Part shown: positions 47,401-64,000 of the stretch, piece after piece
Numbering within the stretch: position 1 is the stretch's first letter
Layout of the letters: every line of letters starts with the position of its first letter
Source: Balanoglossus misakiensis
Lineage: Eukaryota; Animalia; Hemichordata
Reading direction: 5' to 3'
DNA: 64,000 bases
Assembly (NCBI GenBank): GCA_040954595.2
Contig: CM082585.2
Coordinates: 7,093,808-7,157,807 of the forward strand
Position numbers and translations under genes: made by a program
Notes under the pieces: generated by a model
The model's input: only the letters and a program-made list of their open reading frames with translations
What the model was told of the DNA's origin: nothing
Databases searched by the model: none

Positions 47401-50400
47401 TAAATCTTTACGTGTTTATCATATTTTTATAGTTCTTCAGCGAGCGAATTCCTATAATTGCCCATCGACATGCAATCAAAGGATACAATGCTAATGCTGT
47501 TTAGTAAAAGTAAACATTGATCATTTTGTTCTTTCAAGGGAATCGTGCCGCATTCGACTTAATCAACTTCTGTTTCCAATATTCCTTATAACCCCTTCCT
47601 GACTGTAAAATTCCAATAACTTTTAAGTGGTGAAATTGCGGTTCGTTTTTATGACAGAATGTAAACCCTAAAATCTCCAAGGTAATTGAATTCTGCGTTC
47701 CAAACCTCTTTCACATTTTTATTAAATTTGTTTCAGAACCGTTTTTTGCATCAGAGCTTTGATGTATGTACTTTAACATCCGACAACTTGTCTGAAGTTG
47801 AAACTTTCTAGGAATAACACTGCCCCCTGGTAGACAACTTTGTCAACGCGAGGAACTAAACTCAGCGAAACCCCCGTACTCTTAACACCGTCTAAATGTA
47901 ACCCCGTACCTGGGATTGACAGACTGGCTTTAACGCAATGATAATATTGCTGACTAAATAATAAAAATGAAATTGTCAATAGGTCGTCAGAATCAGGTCT
48001 TCGTCACTGTTTAAACTTGGATTAAAATAGACCAAAAATCGTTATCACAAGTCAGTTGTGCTATCATGGTGAATCATAAGCGAAATGCCTCAACAATCAA
48101 TAGCGCGCAGCATCCACACATATGCAAGGGCAGTAATTTTTTTGAATCGTGAAAGAACCTCTGTGTTTTGACAACCCTTTGAAATGTATACAGAATTTCA
48201 GGATGAGGAGATACGGAAAACGTTTTCCCATGACAATGTGAGTTCAATTCTGCTGGCGACAAGACTTGCTTTTCCGAGATGCAAACACGTTAGACACTAA
48301 ACGTTGTTATTGATTTTGAATCCTAACACGCCGGGAGAATACAACAGGTGAACGACGAGAATTAGTCATCAACGTTTAAAACAAAACTGTCTTCAAGACG
48401 GTAGGGAAGTAAATGCTTACGACAGGGGAAAATGTTGCAAATTATAATGTAATTAGCGTTAATGCTGGGGATCTGCGCCGTGTTAACAACGGTAACCCAG
48501 GAAATGTTGCACAGCGACAAACGCGTGATGAGAATTCCTAATGCAGTTGATAAGGCTGCGACTACTACTAGACGAGCTGTTTGCTCTCGTTCGAGGTGAT
48601 GTGCTGTTCAAAATGAGTGAACCTGGGCCCAGTTGTTGTACACCCACCTGTCGTGTGCGGTACCATTTGATGGACGAGATAGGCAACCAGCAACGTCACG
48701 TACATTTTTCCTACCATCGCTGCGCCCGTGGGAATTAGCGCACTTGTTCGAAGCAGTGCACGCTGGAACTAATGAAACAGTAATGCAGACACTCGGCGGA
48801 AAGCTCCTTCGGAATCCGTATCTTGGAACGACATGTACACAATAGACCGGGGGCGCTCTTTTCCCAAAGGCATAACGTGATGAAGTGTGTGCTGGGTTTG
48901 TTTGCGTGATAACCACGTGATTCGATAAAACACTCTAAAGGAAATCTGAACCTGCTTGTTCGCTCTATTCATTGCCATGGTTATGATGTCATTTGGCGCA
49001 CGAAGTTCAAATACATAGATAGTATTTTGCGTTGCTAGGACAATACATTTAAAATAGATTTAAAATAATATCTACATTTCCTGGAATGACAATAGATTGT
49101 CTCTGTCTCGTTGTCAACCATGCCGGACGCCGGATCCAATTCGTGCTAACAAATGTTTCCATAATGTCTCAGACATTTTAAGGTTATTGTTTCCCGTGTC
49201 CGTTGCTATTCTCTTAAGTGACGTCTTACTTGATGGCTTATCGACGAAATACATTCTGACTTCCCGGATATTAGTCATTATTTAATATATTTACTTTTTG
49301 TCTGGTTAACAGTTTATGAAAATCGTACAGGGTCTTTCACGCATGCGCCTGCTGTTCACTTCGTAACTCTGGTTGCAAGAATTTCAAAATTTCTTCACTA
49401 TAAACATTTCCTGTTTATTCCAAGGTGCGCTGCAGCGGCCATTTGGTTCTACGGCGCAATTTCAGTCAGCGCAAATTTGGATTATGAAAGGTTATTAAAA
49501 AATAATATATTTTAATTATTTCAAGTTTATAGGTTGCAAACCGCTTCGCAAACCCGGAACGAAATTTCCGCCACCGTCACGAATGACACTCCCAATCAAA
49601 TGTTTTCATTCGACAATGTACGTTCCCCGTATTTCGGATGGGCGGGAAAACCCTGTTTTCAGATATAACAGTTGAGATCGGTGCTTTCCTTAACGCGAAT
49701 GTAAGAGACGTATTCATCTGGCGACGGAAGCCGGCACTAAAATGCTCCATTGAATGTACGGCTGTATGAATTAATGATAAACAGTGCGCATTGAAATCTA
49801 TCATTCAAAAAATCAACGGTCGCCTCCTCCTCTCTATTACTGTTTCCTTTCAGAACACACACGACCTAAAAGAGCATTTAGCTACCATGACACATTTTTA
49901 CACGCCATACAGAATAGAATCCCGGCGTTTATTCAGATTGAAATGTTCCGCATGTGTCTTGGCTAAAAGCACACGGCGATTTAAACAGAGACAAAAAACT
50001 ATTTCCACGTTAACGTTGTTGTTAATGGACTTCCACCTGGCTAAGTTGCCTGTTTTATTCCGAATGTTAGCTTTCACAGTTGCGGGCAATGCGTCAATAG
50101 TTTTCATCGGTCTCGCTTGTATAGAGTACATTCAATTTCGGCGTGTGTAAATTGCCTGGAATTTACATTCACGCGAGCATCAACTGTAAATAACAAGACA
50201 TTTCATACAAACCCTTAGGGTTTATAAACCATCTGCTTTTTATTCAGTTTCGGTCTGACGCACGCCTCAGCTATACATACGTTTATTTTGGAAGTCCAAT
50301 TATATGTGCGCATGATTACCTGAAATGTTGGTCGTTGTCAACTTGGGCAGACCACTGCAAGATATTTCTCTATGTAAACAAAAATTGATTGATGGCATGC

Positions 50401-51960
50401 AAATTTGTGCCACGAAATATACAGCAACCTGCATCATGCGAATTAAGATTATCTCCGAGTAAGACAGATCCGTTGCTTATTTTTCATTAATACAAACATG
50501 GGAAGCTTTTTATCTCATTATTCTTCCATTTTTTTTTCTTCAAAAACACAATGACGTTAGCGTCGAATGATGCGAATACGATACAATTGAAGTGATTGAT
50601 TTTGTAGTCAATTATTTGGCACAATGAAGTCTTGGAATTGTTCTTGCCTGGCGACGCGTTCCGGGTTTGTCCTTGACCGGAGTGTACTCCAGTTTAATCA
50701 ACAAGTCGATCAATCCTAAAAGTGGCACTTGTACCAGTTTTATCGTTCATTTCTTTTTGAATGTAAAATATACGAGAAGAATGTCTAGCCGTCGTCGGGG
50801 GAACAGTACAGTTATGAATTTGTAATCTGCGTTTGACTCTTCCATTTGAAATATACAGAGTCGCAGTCACTCACTAACTAACGGCATTTTAAGGCATTTA
50901 TTCATAGATTCCCGAAAAAAATAACGAGGATCTACGGTTTATTCTATTTCATTTGAAAAAAAAAACCACACGTGTTATTATTACGAATGTTAAAACAAAC
51001 TTGAACAACAAGCAACGGAGGTAAATGTGTAAAACTTGGAATTCTGGTGAATAGGGCTTCAAATAAAACCACGTGCGTCAACGCGAATCTGCATACGTGT
51101 CTCTTCGCAGGGCGATTTAATTATGTATCGCGGTCACGTGACTTCTCCCTTTGCTTTCTGTTTGTAGCACACTACGTATCATCAGTATGCGCATGCGTAC
51201 GAGTGGGCACAATAACGCTTTGAAACTTCAATGAACAGAGACAATTTGAAATCATTAATTGAGTAAAGGTTGTTGTTAATGTGTCAGGGACAATAAGGTG
51301 CACTATATTTTGTCCGAGGACAATATTTGTTTTCTCCTTGGTTGTTGCAGTGACCCAATTTGGTGACACGATTTCTTTACGAAAAGAAGGTGACGTCAAC
51401 CGGTCAATAGTAAATCAGCATGCTCACACAACTTTCCACATGCAACAACACAGACACCAAAGTCAACAGAGGCTGAATATTTTATTCTCTTTTGTAAAAA
51501 AACATCTAAGAAAACGGCTTACAATACAAAAAATTTGGACTGGGAAAGGACACATACCATACAAATAAAAATCTTAGAATATTAGTTCAAACTTTCGTTC
51601 CACTGTGTAAAAGACTACCAATTTTGAAGCAATAACAAATCTTCAACTTGAAAAATAAAAATGTAAATAACGCTTTCCTTTATGACTTACTTCAGACACA
51701 TTCAAATTATCAACAATACAAATATTTGAACGAATGAAACTACTGAAAAGTAGAGTCTATCAGTTTCCTAAAATCAGACCACAGGTCAAATCTGTCGTAA
51801 TTGATTCGTCAGAGGACCACGGTCATCGTTGGGTACATAATGTTTCTATACATGTAGATACCGCATTAATCTCAAGACTCTTCACGTCGAAGAAAACTAT
51901 CTTACTTTCCCAATTCTAAATCGTTGCGTTTTCGTACTCTTTCAGAGGACCTGTGTACAT

Positions 51961-57845
<5,885 letters not shown>

Positions 57846-57941
57846 TTTCCAAAGATGCTCGGCGGCCTCTGAACTAATCCTAACTCCTCCTAAGTGACGG
57901 TGATATTTGGCGTTTAAGGATTTCAGAGCAACAGGCCCCCG

Positions 57942-57947
57942 TTTATA
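57942..57947 (-). promoter_or_regulatory. Candidate TATA box of paralog A
   Basis: TATAAA on - strand about 100 nt upstream of the ATG at 57845. Confidence 0.45.
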
Positions 57948-59169
57948 TTGATACTATAGCAACTTGTACGACTCACTGCCTCGCTTTGTTTGCTTGTTAG
58001 AACAACTTCCTCCTTCAGATGTCGCACGAATTGCAACCGTTCGCTGGTAATGACAATTTACGTCCCTTTTCTCTTGGCACATTTGCATTGCAAACTTGAC
58101 ACACATGCGCAGAGGACGGACGAACCCAGTTTCTCAGTCCATGTAACGTCAACCAGCGGCCTGTGGTTAATTTAGCTCCTCAAATTCACTGCGTGGCAAA
58201 TTTATGGTTTCGCGTTTCCCAGCACTTAAACCCCGAAACCATTATCGCTTCACCTCTCTTTATCGTGATGGAAATACAATTATTTGCATTCGTTTGCTGC
58301 TGCACTCGAAAACCCTACATGTTTCCTTAATTGGCGGTTGAGAATTGCTCCAACCAAATGACGCCAATGTAGCACCGACCTACATAGGAGTCAATGCGTG
58401 ATGGATCACCGTATTTTTTTGTTTTGTTGTGAACTGCAGTTTCTTATTTAAATCCTTGAAGAACGATGAAATGCTCAGTATCTAGCTTATTATTAAGCAT
58501 ACATGTAGTCAGCATTGTTACTGTGAATTCATGTCCGGACCAGAATTCTTGTGTCAACAAAAACAATGGTAGATACACATATACAGGCTATGTTGAGAAG
58601 CTGAGTACTGGGTATTATAGCACGCTGTTTGGAGTAGAACAAGAAATTGCATTTGGTACACAGAACAAAATTACTGGAAATAAAGCCAAAAGTTACAGTA
58701 ATGTCCCTTTAATTTGATTTAAAGAGCTTTGCCAGATTGTAGGCCACTAGTCACTTTGCGTTCTTTGTACCTAAGTTCGTAGAGGTAATGAACGAGTTCA
58801 CATCACACTGGCGAGCAACCACTAAAACATGAGTAAACCCGGAGTTTGCCGCCGTAAAATTCTTTACGACTGCGTAGATTTAATGGCTGGGGTGATTCGC
58901 TTGTCTTGCAGATTAGTAAATATATTGCATATAAAAGGATTTCCGATGCTCCATCACGCGGCCTTTTATATTTGAAAAAATCTCTGTAGGTCGATGCTCC
59001 CGGTCTGTCGTCACAAGGCTACAGACACTCTCACTGCCACTAGAAAATTGCCAGGATGTCTAGTCGACTCGAGAACGCTTGCAAATATTATTTTTCATGG
59101 AAGAGTTTTATCAGACCCCTTGTGGTTTGAAGGATAGGGGGAATGACTCTTTAAAGACAGGTTCGTTTG

Positions 59170-59292
59170 CTTCACACTGACAAGAAATGATTTCCCGTTC
59201 ATTGCGAGATCTCGCGAGACAGAGTTGATTTAACCCAAGCTGGCAACGGGTTGCAAACTGAGGAATGCAAGTCGAGCTTTGTATGTATAAAC
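59170..59292. repeat. Dispersed ~100-120-bp repeat, copy 2
   Basis: Reverse complement aligns to 41381-41480; TCTCGCGAGA at 59210-59219. Confidence 0.6.
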
Positions 59293-60001
59293 TAGGAATA
59301 GGTACAGAGTTTAACGAAAAATGATTTTTTGTGTGCCGTTCAACACGATGATTTTCCCCTACTCCAACATTTCAAGGCGCATGGTAAACTCTTTCGGATA
59401 TGGAATCGTTTGATGTTCAACATGTCCGGCAAACTACGACAAAAAAGTAATCCGAAATTTCAACAGTTATGTAACTGTATCAGCACTTAGTCTGTTTTTA
59501 TGGAAGTTATTTACCTACCATTCATTTTTGAGATTTGTAGTCGTTTGTCGTTTTCCCCAAGTCCAATAAAACCTGTGCAACCTGGCATTCGTTATTTAGC
59601 ACGTTTTTCATTTTCACGTTTGCTCTACAGAGGGCAGCAAATCACATGCATTCAAAAACGTAGGTGGATTCACTTCAATCCCGCGGAGTATGGTTTTTGT
59701 TTCCGAGTTCAAAATGTTCTGCGTTGCTGTAAACTTGAAAATATGTAAATGTTGACAGTGTCAGGCTGAGGTTTTGAAGCTGCTTGTCTGTCAGCGAAAC
59801 GTCCTAAAACGCATACTGATGTGTCCGCTGTACAATTAACAACATTTGTGGTACGTTGATCCTGATAGATGTTTTCTTTAATGTTCATGAATATTGTACA
59901 CTTCACTTTATTTGCTTGTTTTGCAGATTCAGAGACCAGATGAACTGATAATGGTATCCATGACAACCAAGCTGGGGCCTAAGTAACAAGTTGTTTTCGC
60001 C

Positions 60002-60777
60002 ATGCAGCAGTATATCTGGGTGAGGTAAGGACAGGTATGTCCATGGCCGAACGAAGGCCAGAGGTTTCAAGCAAATGTTTAACAAGCGACATAGACAACA
60101 ACGCCCCGTTTCATGGTGGCCACATTGTAGATTATTTTTCGATTCGGACTGGTGCCGTCACCCGGTCAAGCGAACCGATTTTGCACAAACCTTGCAGTAT
60201 GTAAAAATATGGACCCGGCACTGTTTGTGGGTGTTCAGAAACCGACGTGACTGCTAGGTGCAAGGGGTGGCCATTTTGTAGTGGTTCAAGCATGTTCGCC
60301 ATCCTTGTAGGAGACATTTCATTTACACACTTTTCATTTATTCCAGGGATCCCATGGATGCTATGACAATTGCCAGACAGTGTTGGTGGATGTCCAGAGA
60401 TTACTGCCCGATATTGGAAGGTAAGAATTGTGGGAAAGGAAATTTAATCTTTGACGGAGACAATACATGTGACAAGTGGGGTGAGGTGTGTTTAACTTAA
60501 AATTATGAGCTTATATGGATACAACCACATTGCCAAATAACGAGTGAAATTCCAAGGCAACCAATACTAAAATTTGCATATGATGTACGATCTGCTGATG
60601 AACAGCAATTGGCTTACAGGATGGATCATGCTTTGTTTCATGTTCATTAATATTAATCATTTCTATATTGTTTGTTTTGCAGATGCAAAGACCAGATGGT
60701 ATATCCGGCAACCAATATACTATTTAGAAATTTTACCTGAATGCAAATTTTATTTCCATGAATGTTTACCAAGCTGA
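60002..60777 (+). other. Putative small spliced transcript with a 63-aa micro-ORF (85 aa with an optional exon), or a lncRNA
   Basis: Exons 59927-60024, optional 60131-60196, 60347-60420 and 60683 onward, with consensus-like acceptors and GTAAG/GTATGT donors. GCC-ATG at 60002 reads through the junctions to TGA at 60777. ATTAAA near 61017 and 61039. Confidence 0.4.
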
Positions 60778-61088
60778 TGCAATACAATGCAATGATATGG
60801 TATGAGTTACGCTTTTCTTGGAAAATTTGGCATGATTGTGTAAATTACGGCTCAATGACTTTATTTCTAAATTGTTACAATGCTACATTGCTTTCACAAG
60901 TTGTATTCCAGTATTCATGAATATCAGCATTGTTTTTATTTTCATAACGTAAGTCTACAGATAATACTGTATACATGTATCCTCTTTTGTTATGTTTATG
61001 ATTTCAAAACTGTGAAATTAAAATTTTCAATGAACTACATTAAAACAAAATAATTGCGTCTGTATCATTTTATCACCCCAACACTGAC

Positions 61089-61200
61089 TTTTGGTGATTT
61101 TGTCATTTTGGAACATTTTTCATGGTTTTATAGCTCATGAAAATTGTCAAAAAATGACAAATTTCCGACTTTCTGAATTTTGGTGATTTTGTCATTTTGA
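61089..61200 (-). repeat. Diverged, inverted ~89-bp relative of the satellite monomer (about 1.3 copies)
   Basis: catggttttatagctcatgaaaattgtcaaaaaatgacaaatttccgactttc matches the reverse complement of the monomer; ttttggtgattttgtcattttg recurs at 61089 and 61178. Confidence 0.75.
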
Positions 61201-61250
61201 GACAATTTTGGACCTAAGAACCATGCTGGCGGTGCGGTGAAGAAATTTAG

Positions 61251-64000
61251 AAATTGTCATTTCTGGGTGATTTTCATGAGCTATAACCCATGGTTTTTAT
61301 CAAAAATTGAAGAAATTTCGAAATTCCGGGAAGTCGAAAAATTGTCATTTCTGGGTGATTTTCATGAGCTATAACCCATGGTTTTTATCAAAAATTGAAG
61401 AAATTTCGAAATTGCGGGAAGTCGAAAAATTGTCATTTCTGGGTGATTTTCATGAGCTATAACCCATGGTTTTTATCAAAAATTGAAGAAATTTCGAAAT
61501 TCCGGGAAGTCGAAAAATTGTCATTTCTGGGTGATTTTCATGAGCTATAACCCATGGTTTTTATCAAAAATTGAAGAAATTTCGAAATTCCGGGAAGTCG
61601 AAAAATTGTCATTTCTGGGTGATTTTCATGAGCTATAACCCATGGTTTTTATCAAAAAGTGAAGAAATTTCGAAATTCCGGGAAGTCGAAAAATTGTCAT
61701 TTCTGGGTGATTTTCATGAGCTATAACCCATGGTTTTTATCAAAAATTGAAGAAATTTCGAAATTCCGGGAAGTCGAAAAATTGTCATTTCTGGGTGATT
61801 TTCATGAGCTATAACCCATGGTTTTTATCAAAAATCGAAGAAATTTCGAAATTCCGGGAAGTCGAAAAATTGCCATTTCTGGGTGATTTTCATGAGCTAT
61901 AACCCATGGTTTTTATCAAAAATTGAAGAAATTTCGAAATTCCGGGAAGTCGAAAAATTGTCATTTCTGGGTGATTTTCATGAGCTATAACCCATGGTTT
62001 TTATCAAAAATTGAAGAAATTTCGAAATTCCGGGAAGTCGAAAAATTGTCATTTCTGGGTGATTTTCATGAGCTATAACCCATGGTTTTTTATCAAAAAT
62101 TGAAGAAATTTCGAAATTCCGGGAAGTCGAAAAATTGTCATTTCTGGGTGATTTTCATGAGCTATAACCCATGGTTTTTATCAAAAATCGAAGAAATTTC
62201 GAAATTCCGGGAAGTCGAAAAATTGTCATTTCTGGGTGATTTTCATGAGCTATAACCCATGGTTTTTATCAAAAATCGAAGAAATTTCGAAATTCCGGGA
62301 AGTCGAAAAATTGTCATTTCTGGGTGATTTTCATGAGCTATAACCCATGGTTTTTATCAAAAATTGAAGAAATTTCGAAATTCCGGGAAGTCGAAAAATT
62401 GTCATTTCTGGGTGATTTTCATGAGCTATAACCCATGGTTTTTATCAAAAATTGAAGAAATTTCGAAATTCCGGGAAGACGAAAAATTGTCATTTCTGGG
62501 TGATTTTCATGAGCTATAACCCATGGTTTTTATCAAAAATTGAAGAAATTTCGAAATTCCGGGAAGTCGAAAAATTGTCATTTCTGGGTGATTTTCATGA
62601 GCTATAACCCATGGTTTTTATCAAAAATTGAAGAAATTTCGAAATTCCGGGAAGTCGAAAAATTGTCATTTCTGGGTGATTTTCATGAGCTATAACCCAT
62701 GGTTTTTATCAAAAATTGAAGAAATTTAGAAATTCCGGGAAGTCGAAAAATTGTCATTTCTGGGTGATTTTCATGAGCTATAACCCATGGTTTTTATCAA
62801 AAATTGAAGAAATTTCGAAATTCCGGGAAGTCGAAAAATTGTCATTTCTGGGTGATTTTCATGAGCTATAACCCATGGTTTTTATCAAAAATTGAAGAAA
62901 TTTCGAAATTCCGGGAAGTCGAAAAATTGTCATTTCTGGGTGATTTTCATGAGCTATAACCCATGGTTTTTATCAAAAATTGAAGAAATTTCGAAATTCC
63001 GGGAAGTCGAAAAATTGTCATTTCTGGGTGATTTTCATGAGCTATAACCCATGGTTTTTATCAAAAATTGAAGAAATTTCGAAATTCCGGGAAGTCGAAA
63101 AATTGTCATTTCTGGGTGATTTTCATGAGCTATAACCCATGGTTTTTATCAAAAATTGAAGAAATTTCGAAATTCCGGGAAGTCGAAAAATTGTCATTTC
63201 TGGGTGATTTTCATGAGCTATAACCCATGGTTTTTATCAAAAATTGAAGAAATTTCGAAATTCCGGGAAGTCGAAAAATTGTCATTTCTGGGTGATTTTC
63301 ATGAGCTATAACCCATGGTTTTTATCAAAAATTGAAGAAATTTCGAAATTCCGGGAAGTCGAAAAATTGTCATTTCTGGGTGATTTTCATGAGCTATAAC
63401 CCATGGTTTTTATCAAAAATTGAAGAAATTTCGAAATTCCGGGAAGACGAAAAATTGTCATTTCTGGGTGATTTTCATGAGCTATAACCCATGGTTTTTA
63501 TCAAAAATTGAAGAAATTTCGAAATTCCGGGAAGTCGAAAAATTGTCATTTCTGGGTGATTTTCATGAGCTATAACCCATGGTTTTTATCAAAAATTGAA
63601 GAAATTTCGAAATTCCGGGAAGTCGAAAAATTGTCATTTCTGGGTGATTTTCATGAGCTATAACCCATGGTTTTTATCAAAAATTGAAGAAATTTCGAAA
63701 TTCCGGGAAGTCGAAAAATTGTCATTTCTGGGTGATTTTCATGAGCTATAACCCATGGTTTTTATCAAAAATTGAAGAAATTTCGAAATTCCGGGAAGTC
63801 GAAAAATTGTCATTTCTGGGTGATTTTCATGAGCTATAACCCATGGTTTTTATCAAAAATTGAAGAAATTTCGAAATTCCGGGAAGTCGAAAAATGGTCA
63901 TTTCTGGGTGATTTTCATGAGCTATAACCCATGGTTTTTATCAAAAATTGAAGAAATTTCGAAATTCCGGGAAGTCGAAAAATTGTCATTTCTGGGTGAT
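61251..64000 (+). repeat. 88-bp tandem satellite array, about 31 near-identical copies, truncated by the window end
   Basis: Monomer aaattgtcatttctgggtgattttcatgagctataacccatggtttttatcaaaaattgaagaaatttcgaaattccgggaagtcgaa starts at 61251, 61339, 61427 and so on; only isolated substitutions and one 1-bp insertion near 62090. Confidence 0.98.

Noticed and set aside
47773-47979. GLHL motif resembling an SGNH esterase or LINE ORF1 remnant
   Set aside because: Single short motif lacking the catalytic DxxH context; no reverse transcriptase nearby
61251-64000. CRISPR-like array
   Set aside because: Units are contiguous and essentially identical with no unique spacers; eukaryotic context; no cas genes
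61251-64000. Higher-order (11-mer) repeat structure
   Set aside because: Only one variant recurs 968 bp apart; other variants do not follow that period

Overview
Eukaryotic, intron-rich animal DNA. The gene set, intron style and repeats suggest a marine invertebrate, possibly a deuterostome (inference only). I reconstructed exon-intron chains by hand from splice sites and codon phase. From left to right: (1) a + strand SCHIP1 gene carrying IQCJ-like IQ-motif exons in one continuous frame (about 2.7-10.9 kb); (2) a - strand tetraspanin with an intronless CDS (15.9-16.8 kb); (3) a complete 24-coding-exon ABCC5/MRP5-like transporter on the - strand (21.0-30.9 kb); (4) two tandem paralogous - strand genes for uncharacterised extracellular proteins with a mucin-like stalk, beta-rich domains and a Trp/Cys-containing C-terminal domain, one with an added C-type lectin module (35.7-40.8 kb and 52.0-57.8 kb); (5) a small multi-exon + strand unit with a spliced micro-ORF (59.9-60.8 kb); (6) a homogeneous 88-bp satellite array from about 61.25 kb to the window end, starting at an inverted junction. 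Several MITE-like elements, a tRNA-like fragment and microsatellites lie in introns. No prokaryotic features or CRISPR arrays. All homology statements come from recalled family motifs, not database searches.
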